Notes: generated by a model not told the origin, from the sequence alone. 64,000 bases of DNA from Cryomorphaceae bacterium (GCA_007695365.1 REDV01000092.1:4844-68843); one strand, 5' to 3'. Shown: positions 38,601 through 47,997, counted from the first letter of the stretch. Numbers and translations are program-made.

Positions 38601-38752
38601 TCGGACGGAAAGCCTGCCCCGGTCTGAGCTTGGTCGCAAAAAGGTTGCGCCTGCACATGATTCACGCTAACCGTTGCAATGCTTAATAGCATAGCCGCCA
38701 GCACGTTGCGGAGAGAAGCAAAGCTAAGTATTGAAAATTCAAACAGTTGCAC
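35618..38752 (-). CDS. large surface protein: Cys-rich N-module, six 66-aa repeats, three CDS-type repeats, PKD-like domain, T9SS type B CTD
   Basis: C-terminal FSVYIPNAFTPNEDGINDLFSI...LRIFNRWGQLVF...GSITVLR. Shares a 30-nt near-identical stretch of CTD DNA with 27194..30709. Confidence 0.88.
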   Translation of the reverse strand: MQLFEFSILSFASLRNVLAAMLLSIATVSVNHVQAQPFCDQAQTGAGFPSDILCQTAVCAVDIFCCVTTWDAICAGIAATNPACVNCLSGGGGGGDNQLCPTCEDPCGDALGYATEPTIPQVVEDCETPEFFPPLASGSLNTFCNSFTATVTSVSFNVIITSDCGAGNVTNFSWALYDITCGAPIQTGSLTSLTFSPVVPGNSYVFCYTFNVPFGCTHSLHCPYFVGATVDPCPTATISYPDTELCASEAPPQDVVLEGTENFTGGTFTAEPGGLAINPGNGQITPDQSSGGTYTITYTIPAFGSCEEVTAQTTVTIVEAQEPAFSAAGPYCLGSDIPALPTTSNNGVTGTWAPAMNNTTTTTYTFTPNAGQCATTTTLEVVIDTEIEPVFDEAGPFCTGSDIPDLPTSSNNGITGNWAPVINNTATTTYTFTPDPDQCAVNTTLVIEIEPETTPSFTPPPAYCVGSDIPPLPAISNDGITGSWAPAVNNTATTTYTFTPDPGQCAESTTVDIIISPETTPLFDEPDTWCEGADIPALPTTSNNGITGTWSPAVNNTATTSYTFTPGAGQCASQTSLTIEIAAPTEPEFADVGPFCQGANIPALPTTSLNGFSGSWSPALNNAETTTYTFTPTGSECATATTLTIEIEETVIPLFDVQGPFCAGDDIPALPVTSINGVAGSWSPAINNLQTTTYTFTPSGEGCSEPATLTLEVLQASETVLEISECDGYTWPLNGETYVQSGVHSVVLSNEAGCDSTIILDLTINFSEDITSEISACGSYTWFGTAYTESGVYQHEGFNVWGCEVSATLTLTITPNVLTDVFAEICDGDVYTIGLNNYTSSGTYIQIFPASNGCDSIVNHHLEVLPPVIADFRASPQESTIYNEQVQFFNQSLNADSLEWDFGEWGTFGINNPVLTFDQQPGVYPVCLTVWSEEGCSDQRCINYVVRDDFSVYIPNAFTPNEDGINDLFSIEGLGIDPGNFRLRIFNRWGQLVFESSDPELKWNGSDTSGKYYAQDEVYVYHLQVGSTATLETYEFRGSITVLR
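36599..37789 (-). repeat. six tandem 66 to 67 aa repeats, consensus P-x-F-x4-P-x-C-x-G-x-D-I-P-A-L-P-T-T-S-N-N-G-I-T-G-x-W-x-P-A-x-N-N-T-x-T-T-T-Y-T-F-T-P-x3-Q-C-A
   Basis: Counted in the translation, aa 322..718. The period is about 198 bp. Confidence 0.88.
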
Positions 38753-39089
38753 GTATTGGTTTTGCGGTGGTTTCTGTCAGGTTCAGGCTGAAAGAGATGC
38801 GGGCATCTTTCTCTGCCTTGCAAGATGCAACTTTTTTCTTATGTACCCAATGACGGCGAAAAAAACTCTAAGGTTGCATGGGGTATCAATCATTACATCG
38901 TGTCGTCCTCTATGTTATTGGAGTGTAATCAGGGGGTGGTTAAAAGGTGACGCATCGTGCTGAATACATGATAAACACAAAATCCTAAGCCTTTACTTTC
39001 AACCTGTCTTTGTGGAAAATTATGGAGCGGCGGTTCAGTAACCCATCCTAAATGAAATACCTTTCACCCAAATCAAGAACGTTCTCTTC

Positions 39090-40460
39090 ATGGTAAGGAA
39101 GTCATCCGCGCGGAAGAAAAAAGCTGGCAACGAAGAGCCCGGGAAAATCTTTGTGATAGATACCTCGGTTATTCTGTACGACAGCAATGCAATCAATAAT
39201 TTTGATGAACACTCCATCGTAATACCTATTCAGGTGTTGGAGGAGGTAGATAACTTCAAAAAAGGCAACGAAACCAAAAACTTTGAGGCACGCGAGTTCA
39301 TCCGTTTTGTAGATCAGGTTGCTCAAAATCAACTTATCAACGATTGGGTGCCACTAAACGGTGCCGGAAAAGGCAAGTTTAAAGTTGCACTCACCCACGA
39401 TGTAAAAGGTGTTGATGCTGTGAGAGTCTTGGGCGACAAGAAGTACGACAATCAAATTTTAAATTGCGCGCTTAGTACCCAGGAGGCCAACCCCGATAAA
39501 AAGGTGATTTTGGTATCCAAGGATATTTGCCTTCGGCTTAAGGCCAAGGCCCTGAACATTCAGGCTGAAGATTACGAAACGGGCAAGGTGAAGGATGTAT
39601 CCAAGCTTTATAAAGGCCACCAAAGCATTGATCGCATCTCTGAAACACTCCTCGATAGCCTCTTTAACAAAGGTTTTGGCGACCCTGAACTTTTGCCCAA
39701 AAAGGTTAAGCCGGTTGCCAATGAATACTTTGTGCTGCGAAATGCCAAAAAATCTGTTCTGGCGCGATACGATGCCCTGGAGCAAATGCTGGTGCGTGTA
39801 AAACCTGAGCCGGCTTTTGGTATCAAGGCCCTCAACGCTGAGCAAAGTTTTGCGCTGGATGCCCTTGCAAACCCCTCTATTAAGCTGATAACCATCCAAG
39901 GTAAAGCAGGAACCGGAAAAACCCTCCTCGCACTTGCAAGCGCCATTGAGCAACGCAGAGACTACAGGCAGATTTTTGTGAGCCGTCCCGTAATACCTCT
40001 TAGCAACAAGGATATCGGATACCTTCCCGGAGATATCAAAAGCAAACTCGACCCCTACATGCAGTCTATCTGGGATAACCTGAACTACATCAAAAGTCAG
40101 TTCAGAAATACCGATAAGAACGTGCAGCGAATCAAAGAAATGGTGGACAACGAAAAGATAGCCATTTCGCCTTTGGCGTACATTCGCGGACGAAGTCTAG
40201 TAAAGATTTTCTTCATCGTTGATGAAGCCCAAAACCTCACTCCTCACGAAGTGAAGACCATCATCAGCAGGGCCGGTGACGATACCAAAATTGTGTTTGC
40301 CGGAGATATTCACCAAATCGATACACCCTATCTTGATTCTGAGTCAAACGGCCTGTCGTATCTGATTGATAAGGTAAAAGGCAGTCCGCTGTTTGCCCAT
40401 ATTGCCCTTGAGAAAGGTGAGCGGAGCGATTTGGCCAATCTCGCCAATGAGCACCTCTAG
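39090..40460 (+). CDS. PhoH-like ATPase with N-terminal PIN domain (YlaK type)
   Basis: PIN-like FVIDTSVILYD...QVLEEVD. Walker A GKAGTGKT, Walker B FIVDEAQNL. Confidence 0.9.
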   Translation: MVRKSSARKKKAGNEEPGKIFVIDTSVILYDSNAINNFDEHSIVIPIQVLEEVDNFKKGNETKNFEAREFIRFVDQVAQNQLINDWVPLNGAGKGKFKVALTHDVKGVDAVRVLGDKKYDNQILNCALSTQEANPDKKVILVSKDICLRLKAKALNIQAEDYETGKVKDVSKLYKGHQSIDRISETLLDSLFNKGFGDPELLPKKVKPVANEYFVLRNAKKSVLARYDALEQMLVRVKPEPAFGIKALNAEQSFALDALANPSIKLITIQGKAGTGKTLLALASAIEQRRDYRQIFVSRPVIPLSNKDIGYLPGDIKSKLDPYMQSIWDNLNYIKSQFRNTDKNVQRIKEMVDNEKIAISPLAYIRGRSLVKIFFIVDEAQNLTPHEVKTIISRAGDDTKIVFAGDIHQIDTPYLDSESNGLSYLIDKVKGSPLFAHIALEKGERSDLANLANEHL

Positions 40461-40502
40461 AAAATGCTATTTTTGCGAACCTTCAACCCAAAAAACCAAA
40501 AA

Positions 40503-41210
40503 ATGAAATCTCTGTTCTTACCCGTAATGCTGGCCGTTTTTCTGATGGCAGCATGCACAGAAACTCCTGAAACCAAAACTGAAGAAAACACTGAAAAACC
40601 TGCAACCATGACTGAAAAAGACGCAAAGCCTGAAGGCGAGCAATCCATATCTGTTCCTGCTCAAGAGGGTATGTATGCACAAATCACCACCAACCGAGGG
40701 GTGATTCTTATTCGCCTTGAGTACCAACGTACCCCCATGACCGTAGCCAACTTTGTAGCTTTGGCCGAGGGAAAAATGCCCAACAAAGCGAAGCCCGAAG
40801 GAGAGCCTTTTTACGACGGGCTTCTTTTCCATCGAGTTATCAGCCGGGCCAATGGTCAGGATCAGGATTTTATGATTCAGGGTGGTGACCCCGAAGGACG
40901 CGGAACCGGAGGCCCCGGATACCGTTTTCCCGATGAATTTCATCCGGAGTTGCGCCACGATAAGCCGGGTATTTTATCCATGGCCAATTCAGGACCGGCT
41001 ACCAATGGGAGCCAGTTCTTCATTACCCACCTGCCTACACCATGGCTCGATAACCGTCACTCCGTGTTTGGGAGTGTAATTGGCGGAATGGATATAGTGA
41101 TGAACACTTTGCAGGGCGATGTGATGCAAAAAGTTGAAATCATCCGAATCGGTGATGAGGCAAAAGCTTTTGATGCCCTGGCTGTGTTCAATGAAAAGAT
41201 GGGCGCATAG
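40503..41210 (+). CDS. cyclophilin-type peptidyl-prolyl cis-trans isomerase, lipoprotein
   Basis: Start at [18 protein letters not shown]. Cyclophilin core [28 protein letters not shown]. Confidence 0.9.
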   Translation: MKSLFLPVMLAVFLMAACTETPETKTEENTEKPATMTEKDAKPEGEQSISVPAQEGMYAQITTNRGVILIRLEYQRTPMTVANFVALAEGKMPNKAKPEGEPFYDGLLFHRVISRANGQDQDFMIQGGDPEGRGTGGPGYRFPDEFHPELRHDKPGILSMANSGPATNGSQFFITHLPTPWLDNRHSVFGSVIGGMDIVMNTLQGDVMQKVEIIRIGDEAKAFDALAVFNEKMGA

Positions 41211-41259
41211 GCCAAATAACATAAACCCGCTTGAAGCGTTCTGTTTAAAACCTGGTGTC

Positions 41260-41793
41260 ATGAAAATCCTGCTATCCACTTTTTTTACAGGCTTTTTTGC
41301 TGTGACTGCCTGGGCCCAAACCGGCAATATGTTTCCTGAATTATCGGGAGAAACCCTCTCGGAGGAGGTACTTACCATTCCGGATGATACCCGCGGCAAG
41401 TACACACTTGTTGGATTGGCTTCGAGCGAAAAAGCCGAGGAATTCCTAAGAGGATGGTACGAACCGGTGTACAACAAGTTCATCGCAAAAACCGGAATGT
41501 TTGATGACATGTTCGACGTGAATGTGTTTTTTGTGCCCATGTTTTCCGGAAGCAAGAAGATAGGTAAGGGAAAGGTGATGAAGAGCATGAAAGAAAGCAA
41601 GAATACAGAGCTTTTTGATCACGTGCTCTTTTACGAAGGACAACTCAAAACCTACCAGGAAGCCTTGAGAATGAGCAAAACGGATTTACCTTATATTTTT
41701 CTGCTCGATCCCGATGGGAACATTGCTTATTCAACGTCGGGTTATTACAATGAGCGTAAAATGGATGCCATTGACGATATCCTCATTCAGTAA
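41260..41793 (+). CDS. hypothetical secreted protein
   Basis: Start at MKILLSTFFTGFFAVTAWAQ (signal peptide). 177 aa. Confidence 0.5.
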   Translation: MKILLSTFFTGFFAVTAWAQTGNMFPELSGETLSEEVLTIPDDTRGKYTLVGLASSEKAEEFLRGWYEPVYNKFIAKTGMFDDMFDVNVFFVPMFSGSKKIGKGKVMKSMKESKNTELFDHVLFYEGQLKTYQEALRMSKTDLPYIFLLDPDGNIAYSTSGYYNERKMDAIDDILIQ

Positions 41794-41795
41794 CC

Positions 41796-42503
41796 GTGTG
41801 TACCCTCACTTTTGCTCCCTTAGGTACTAAACAGGTTATCACTATCAATCGTGATGAAGCCCCTGAGCGCCGCGCTGACGATCCCGTTATACGTGAGCGT
41901 TCCGGAAAGCAGTTGTGGTTGGCTCCCGAACCCGTTTCCGGCTCAAGTAACGTGGTATTCGATATCATCAACCATCGTCTGGTCGTCCTGCTGAACGGTG
42001 CTTTTGAATCACACGAACATAAACCTCCGTATAGGTTGAGCAGGGGATTGGTGATTCTCGACAGCTTCGATTACGATTCTCTGGGTGCCATGAAACGCTT
42101 ATACGACTTTACAGGTATTGAGCCTTTTACCTTACTTGCTTTTCAAAAAGGAGCAACGGAGGAAATGAGATGGGACGGAGAGAAGGTTCATTACACCGAC
42201 CCTGCAGCACACCAATTTACCATTTGGTCTTCGGCCAAATTGTACCCGGCCGAAGTCATTCAAAGCCGTGAGGAGGCTTTTGCAGATTGGCTGAAGAAAA
42301 ATCAACGCATTTACGCACAGCAACTGTTTGATATGCACCAGCGCGAAGGCGACGATAGCCGCGGGCCCGGTTTCAGAATGAACTACGAGGATTTGGTAAA
42401 AACAGTGAGTATTACTCAGTTTACTTTAAGTGGAAACAGGGTGGCTTTGCGATACCTTGATTTGATGCGGAGGCCGGCTCAACTCATGGAGCGCGTTTTT
42501 TAA
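41796..42503 (+). CDS. NRDE family protein (TANGO2-like)
   Basis: A GTG start gives MCTLTF... with the invariant Cys2 and the INRDE motif at residues 17 to 21. Confidence 0.75.
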   Translation: MCTLTFAPLGTKQVITINRDEAPERRADDPVIRERSGKQLWLAPEPVSGSSNVVFDIINHRLVVLLNGAFESHEHKPPYRLSRGLVILDSFDYDSLGAMKRLYDFTGIEPFTLLAFQKGATEEMRWDGEKVHYTDPAAHQFTIWSSAKLYPAEVIQSREEAFADWLKKNQRIYAQQLFDMHQREGDDSRGPGFRMNYEDLVKTVSITQFTLSGNRVALRYLDLMRRPAQLMERVF

Positions 42504-42572
42504 TCTGATCCATTGAAAAGAGGTTCGGTCGGTTTTTCAACTAACTTTGCGTGAAACCAAAAGTGCAGATCT

Positions 42573-43250
42573 ATGCGTGATGCTTACCTCATTTCGAACT
42601 TTGGCGGACTTTTGATGGCCATGCTGTTCATGTTTCCGGCAAATTCGCAGGCACAGTTATTCGATGACATGAAACCCCGGGAAACCATTCTCGACTCGAG
42701 ATGGATGTATGGGTTCAACATAGCGGCGGTTGCTGCCAGCTACAGTTTCGGTACGAGCACCACTGATGCGGATATCCCTATAGGTGAGCGCTTTGACGAA
42801 ACTACTATGCCTTTTGGTTACCGCGTGGAGGGCTATCTGTTGTACAACGCCAACTTTTTGTATGTGGGGCCAGTTGTGAGTTACGAACACCTATATGGTC
42901 GCAATCGCTCATTGATGGGTAATGATTTTTCCTATAGCATTGGAAGTGCTCGCTTTGGTATTCATGCCGAGTTTCCCTTGCTGACATCCTCGAGCGGTGC
43001 GATATACATGTCGGTAGAGGTGGGTGGATTGGCGTTGATTGATGACGGCACCCTGATGGGCACAGGCCAGGCACCCGTGTTGATGTACGGTGGTTACGGC
43101 ATCGGCTATCAAATCAACCTAGGTGAACACAGCAGCCTTAATATTGGTTTTACACTCGATTACACCAGGTTTAGAAATGATTGGAACGGCCTCCGACTCA
43201 CACATAGTCTGTTTCCCTTCGGACTTAAAACTGGTCTGAGATTTGGTTAA
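42573..43250 (+). CDS. hypothetical outer-membrane-like protein
   Basis: Signal peptide ending SQAQ, beta-strand-like alternation, and a C-terminal ...GLRFG. Confidence 0.5.
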   Translation: MRDAYLISNFGGLLMAMLFMFPANSQAQLFDDMKPRETILDSRWMYGFNIAAVAASYSFGTSTTDADIPIGERFDETTMPFGYRVEGYLLYNANFLYVGPVVSYEHLYGRNRSLMGNDFSYSIGSARFGIHAEFPLLTSSSGAIYMSVEVGGLALIDDGTLMGTGQAPVLMYGGYGIGYQINLGEHSSLNIGFTLDYTRFRNDWNGLRLTHSLFPFGLKTGLRFG

Positions 43251-43280
43251 AGCAGAATTTGAACAACGAAAACTTTAAAC

Positions 43281-43631
43281 ATGAAAGCAATTTTGTCTCT
43301 TTTCTTTTTGCTCGCTATGGGCGCTATGAATCTGGCTCAGGCGCAAGACACCCAAAAAGTGGATGCCGAACAGATTGTGGTGAGGTTCTATGAAACCGGT
43401 GCACTCGCTCCGTCAGAGGCTGTTATTTCCTATAGTGACGGCACCCATGAAGTGGTTGATATGAAAAGCCTCACCGGTCGCACCAAAAACTGGGAGGAAA
43501 ACGCAAAAATCATCAATGAGGTGCTAAACCGCTTGCGAAAGCAAGGTTACACGCTTATTAGTTCGGTAGGAGGTGGTCCTGATATGATGCTATCCACCTA
43601 TGTTTTCCTGAGAGATGATCTGGTGAAATAG
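43281..43631 (+). CDS. hypothetical secreted protein
   Basis: Signal peptide MKAILSLFFLLAMGAMNLAQA. 116 aa. Confidence 0.5.
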   Translation: MKAILSLFFLLAMGAMNLAQAQDTQKVDAEQIVVRFYETGALAPSEAVISYSDGTHEVVDMKSLTGRTKNWEENAKIINEVLNRLRKQGYTLISSVGGGPDMMLSTYVFLRDDLVK

Positions 43632-43633
43632 GA

Positions 43634-44455
43634 CTACACAGCCACCACACTTTGGAGCGTCATTCGCATGGCATCCATTCCGCGTTTTTCAAGAGAATCC
43701 TCCACGTAATTAAAAGTTGAAAGAATATCGGGTTGGCCGTTTACCACGGCTACATCGTGCTCAAAATGGGCTGATGGCATGCGATCTAACGTAACAATGG
43801 TCCAGCCGTCTTCCAATTGGAGAACATCTTTCGTGCCCAGGTTCACCATGGGTTCAATGGCAATCACAAGGCCTTCCTGAATTTTCTTACCCCGTCCTCT
43901 TTTTCCGTAGTTGGGAACCTGAGGGTCTTCGTGCATTGAGGTTCCAAGGCCGTGCCCAACCAGTTCTCTTACAACGCCATAACCTTCTCGTTCTGCATGC
44001 TCCTGGATGGCTGCTCCAATGTCTCCCAAGCGTCGTCCTACACGCGCCTCGTGGATGCCGAGATAAAGGCTCTCTTTGGTAATGCGTAACAGTTTTTTCA
44101 CCTCCGGGCTAATTTCTCCGATGGCAAAAGTGTAAGCGTGATCGCCGTAATAGTCGTTGAGAATCGCTCCGCAGTCAACCGAAACAATATCCCCCTCTTT
44201 AAAGGGTGTTTTGCAGGGAATTCCGTGCACCACCTGCTCGTTTACCGACATGCACAAGGTGTTGGGAAATCCGCCAAAGCCCAAAAAAGCTGGCACTGCC
44301 CCCTGATCGCGAATATACTCCTCTGCCATTTTATCCAGTTCAAGAGAGGTAACTCCGGGCCCGATGCGCTCTGCCACCAAACCCAATGTGCGTGAAACTA
44401 CCTGCGCGGCAGCCCGCATAAGTTCAATTTGTTCAGGGGTTTTGTAGTGAATCAT
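43634..44455 (-). CDS. map: type I methionyl aminopeptidase
   Basis: Metal ligands in DIVSVDCG, GDHAYTF, GHGLG, VIAIEP and FEHDV. Confidence 0.95.
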   Translation of the reverse strand: MIHYKTPEQIELMRAAAQVVSRTLGLVAERIGPGVTSLELDKMAEEYIRDQGAVPAFLGFGGFPNTLCMSVNEQVVHGIPCKTPFKEGDIVSVDCGAILNDYYGDHAYTFAIGEISPEVKKLLRITKESLYLGIHEARVGRRLGDIGAAIQEHAEREGYGVVRELVGHGLGTSMHEDPQVPNYGKRGRGKKIQEGLVIAIEPMVNLGTKDVLQLEDGWTIVTLDRMPSAHFEHDVAVVNGQPDILSTFNYVEDSLEKRGMDAMRMTLQSVVAV

Positions 44456-44934
44456 TTCTTTTTGAATAGCTTGTCAAAAAATGAGCGATTGGATTTTTTG
44501 TAGTTGTGGTGTGCGGCCTGGTTGCGCAACTGAAGGTCAGTACCGCCATCGCCCGGGTGAATCATTTGGTAGATTTCGCCCCAACCTATAAAGCCGCCTA
44601 CGTTTCTGTCGTCTATAAACAGATCGGCGTTTATTTTTCTGCTCACCCTAGCGTCTTCAAACACTTCTTCGGGGTAACTCTTGTTCACCGCGTAAAATTC
44701 CAGTCCGTTTTCGCGGCAGTACTCCACCGCATCGTCGAGGTATCTTCCGGCTCTGAAAGTCCACAAAATGAGTTTGTGCCCCTTGGATTGCAGCTTTTTA
44801 AGCGTATCGAAGGCAAACAGCATTTCAGGTCCGATATCGGGGTATTTGTGCTCTACTATGGTGCCGTCGAAATCAACTGCAATGGTGAGCGAATCTTCTC
44901 CGATAAGCATGTTTTCTGTTGTTGATGGGTACAA
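44452..44934 (-). CDS. HAD-superfamily-like small hydrolase (hypothetical)
   Basis: IAVDFDGTIV carries the DxDxT motif I. 160 aa. Overlaps the map start by 4 nt. Confidence 0.55.
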   Translation of the reverse strand: MYPSTTENMLIGEDSLTIAVDFDGTIVEHKYPDIGPEMLFAFDTLKKLQSKGHKLILWTFRAGRYLDDAVEYCRENGLEFYAVNKSYPEEVFEDARVSRKINADLFIDDRNVGGFIGWGEIYQMIHPGDGGTDLQLRNQAAHHNYKKSNRSFFDKLFKKK

Positions 44935-45103
44935 TTGAGCGCAAAAGTAAATAGTTTAGGGTCAAGTTGCGGTGAATAGTTGTAACAGCTAGAAAAACAT
45001 CGGTATGTGATCGTGTTTTGAGGTTTGATTTCAACCTGTTCTGGCTGCGGGTGTGCAACTTTACCGGAATTTGTGAGTCATCAGAACAACCAACCCACAT
45101 AAC

Positions 45104-47980
45104 ATGAAAACCAATCCAGTAATCCTCACTACCGCCCTGCTTTTCAGCTTAGGTACAGCAATGGCTCAATGTCCTGACACCCTTACCGTATGGCAAACCG
45201 GTTGCGGACAGGTAGAGGCGAGTATCAATCATTTTGGCTCCACCGGAAATCTCATTTGGACATGGGGCGACGGCGAAAGCAGTTCCGCTGTGAATCCTGC
45301 TACACACCAGTACGATGCACTCGGAACCTACGAAATCTGTGCCCAGGCATGGTCGTCTGGCTGCCCGCAAGGTGTGGAACTCTGTGTGCTTTTTGAACTG
45401 GAGCAATGCCCCGAAGATTGTGGGCTGAGTATTTCAACCGTTTCACAGGAGAATGGCCTGTTAACCCTCATGGCATCGGATTTTCCGCAGGATGCGATGG
45501 TTCATTGGGAGCAGAACGGTGATATTGTAAACATTGGTGATCAGACCACCTTTGAACTTGAGTTTGGGAACAATGAGATTTGCGCCTACTACGAAACTCC
45601 TGAATGTCCGCAAGGTGTATTTTGGTGCAACAACTTTTTCTTTCAAAACCCGGACTGTCCAACCGCCATAGAGGCACAACAAGTAGGCTGTGATGTGTTT
45701 AATTTATCGCTGGTTGGTGGTTTCAGCGGCGCAAGTGTGCTGTGGAGTGTCGGTTCTGATGTGATTGAGGGCGATACCGAGCTTAACGGTGTACAACTCT
45801 CACCTGGAAACAATCAAATCACAGCTTTGTACAACCACCCGGATTATCCCTTATGTGATGACACCCAGCTGAGCTTGAATGTGAGTGCTTTGCTCTGTGA
45901 CAGTATTTGCGAATTGGAATTGGTTCACACATGGGTGAGCCTGAATCCAATGGTATTCAGTGCTTTGAATTACGACCCTGGTGCTTTGGTTACATGGACC
46001 GTTAACGGTAATCCGGCGGGTACAGGACACAACTTTACGCTCTCCAGCCAGGTTCCAGGTGGCACTTATACAGTTTGTGCAAGCTATGACTCTGAGTACT
46101 GCGATGAGGTCATAGAAGAATGCGCCACGATTTCGCTTCCCAATTGTCCTACCGGCATTACAGCCGAGCAATTATCCTGTGGAGTGTACGAGCTTACGCT
46201 GGAGAATGCGCAGGAAGGTTCTACCATTCAATGGAGCTACCCCGGCAATAGCTTTGAATCTAACGCCACCCCTCAAATTGTGATTCTTGAGGAATGGTTT
46301 AACGTGATTACCGCTGTGTACAACAATCCTGACAACCCTGAATGTGATGGCTCTATCTACAGCCAGTTAGTAATTCACACCAGTTGCGACACGGTGTGTA
46401 GCTTGGATGTGGACATGATTCAAGGCGTTGAAGGTGATATGTTTATTGCCTCTGCCGGACAGGAGGATGCTGTGATTGAATGGTCTATTGGTGGTGAGCC
46501 GGTAGCTTTTGGCGACACGCTCAATCTCGATTCCTTATCGCCCGGTCAATACCTGATTTGTGCGGCGTACGAAACACCGTTCTGTCCGGAGGGTGTGCTC
46601 TGGTGCGATACGTATGTGGTGAGCGATGACGATTGTCCTTTTGAACTCATTGTGGAAGAGGGTGATGAATGTGGTTGTTACGATTTTACGATTGGGCCTT
46701 CCGGGGCTGGAGGGGCCTACATGTGGAACATGGGTGATACATCATTTGTATCATTAACCCCAGGTGTATCTTACTGCTTTGTGCCCGGTTTTCAAACTGT
46801 TTATGTGCAGATCATGGGCAGCAATTTTCCTGACTGTGAAACGAGTCCGCTCGTGCATCAATGGCAGGTTCCCGATTGCGATGAGCCCACATGCCCTGCC
46901 GAACTGTTTGTGTTGGAGTTAGAGGATTGTGGCTGTTATATGTTTACTGTGAACCCGCCAAATATTGGAGGAAGCTATATGTGGAATCTTGGTGATACGA
47001 GTTTTGTCAGCAGTCTTGCCAGTCATATTCAATGCTACGAACCAGGTTTTCAAACTGTGTACGTTCAGATTTTGGAAAGTGATATAGCGGATTGCGAGAT
47101 GGCTCCGCTTGTTCATCAGTGGGAACAAATAGATTGTGATGGATGTTCGCTGGGCCTGACTTTTGAACACCTCGGAGGAGGTTTGTTCGAGTTTCAAGCC
47201 TCTGTATATGGATCGAACGCGCCGCTGTGGTGGGACTTTGGAGATGGGTTTACAACCGAAACGGGCAATTGGTCAACCCAACACATTTATCTTCCCGGAA
47301 ACTACACAGTATGTGTAATAACTACGGATACAGTATGTCCCGAGATCCTGGAGGCCTGTGTTGAGTTCACTGTTGAAGATTCTGTTGAATGCTTCTGGTG
47401 GGGTGGAATATGGGGTACTACTGCAGCCTCGCCTCCTGTGACCTTTGACTTTCTTTTCTCTAACGAAGCTGGCGATGAAGTCGGTTTTTTTACCTCCTGG
47501 CTTGAAGGAGACTCCATTTGGTTTGGCGGAGAATGGTGCCTGCTGCCGGGTTGTTATCATTTGATGGTAAGCAGCGATGTTCCTCTCACCCCTGAAATGA
47601 TTGAACCCGATTTGTGGATGATATTGCCAGACGTGATTCCCATGAATATTAACTGGCAGGATAACGACAATCCTTTTGAGTGGGAAGCATGGCTGGAGAT
47701 CCTCGTCGAATGCGAAGATCCTTCGGTGGGTGTGCAGGAAAACCCCCTTGATGTGATCCGCGTCTTTCCCGTGCCAACCCGCGATCTGCTGCAAATTGAA
47801 TTATCCGGAGTGGACGGGGTAGACTGCATTTTGTTCAACGCGGTAGGTCAACCTGTTTTAACCCGTGTACTCCGCACCAATGATCGAATTTCATTGGCTC
47901 ATCTCCCTGCTGGTCTGTATATCATGCAGTTCAGACACAATGACCAGGTAAAGACATTCAGTATTCCCGTACTGAATTGA
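45104..47980 (+). CDS. Cys-rich secreted protein with T9SS type A CTD
   Basis: Signal peptide. Many modules bracketed by CP-x-GV-x-C and CPDT/CPTG. C-terminal VFPVPTRDLLQIEL...GLYIMQFRHNDQVKTFSIPVLN. Confidence 0.8.
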   Translation: MKTNPVILTTALLFSLGTAMAQCPDTLTVWQTGCGQVEASINHFGSTGNLIWTWGDGESSSAVNPATHQYDALGTYEICAQAWSSGCPQGVELCVLFELEQCPEDCGLSISTVSQENGLLTLMASDFPQDAMVHWEQNGDIVNIGDQTTFELEFGNNEICAYYETPECPQGVFWCNNFFFQNPDCPTAIEAQQVGCDVFNLSLVGGFSGASVLWSVGSDVIEGDTELNGVQLSPGNNQITALYNHPDYPLCDDTQLSLNVSALLCDSICELELVHTWVSLNPMVFSALNYDPGALVTWTVNGNPAGTGHNFTLSSQVPGGTYTVCASYDSEYCDEVIEECATISLPNCPTGITAEQLSCGVYELTLENAQEGSTIQWSYPGNSFESNATPQIVILEEWFNVITAVYNNPDNPECDGSIYSQLVIHTSCDTVCSLDVDMIQGVEGDMFIASAGQEDAVIEWSIGGEPVAFGDTLNLDSLSPGQYLICAAYETPFCPEGVLWCDTYVVSDDDCPFELIVEEGDECGCYDFTIGPSGAGGAYMWNMGDTSFVSLTPGVSYCFVPGFQTVYVQIMGSNFPDCETSPLVHQWQVPDCDEPTCPAELFVLELEDCGCYMFTVNPPNIGGSYMWNLGDTSFVSSLASHIQCYEPGFQTVYVQILESDIADCEMAPLVHQWEQIDCDGCSLGLTFEHLGGGLFEFQASVYGSNAPLWWDFGDGFTTETGNWSTQHIYLPGNYTVCVITTDTVCPEILEACVEFTVEDSVECFWWGGIWGTTAASPPVTFDFLFSNEAGDEVGFFTSWLEGDSIWFGGEWCLLPGCYHLMVSSDVPLTPEMIEPDLWMILPDVIPMNINWQDNDNPFEWEAWLEILVECEDPSVGVQENPLDVIRVFPVPTRDLLQIELSGVDGVDCILFNAVGQPVLTRVLRTNDRISLAHLPAGLYIMQFRHNDQVKTFSIPVLN
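46627..47143 (+). repeat. internal tandem duplication, 2 x about 86 aa
   Basis: DCPFELIVEEGDECGCYDFTIGPSGAGGAYMWNMGDTSFVS...GFQTVYVQIMGSNFPDCETSPLVHQWQ compared with TCPAELFVLELEDCGCYMFTVNPPNIGGSYMWNLGDTSFVS...GFQTVYVQILESDIADCEMAPLVHQWE. Confidence 0.85.
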
Positions 47981-47997
47981 TTGATGTTTCATGAGTC

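Noticed and set aside
40989-41600. Minus-strand ORF of 203 aa, and the 40518..40958 ORF
   Set aside because: Both are antisense to the cyclophilin gene and the following secreted-protein gene.
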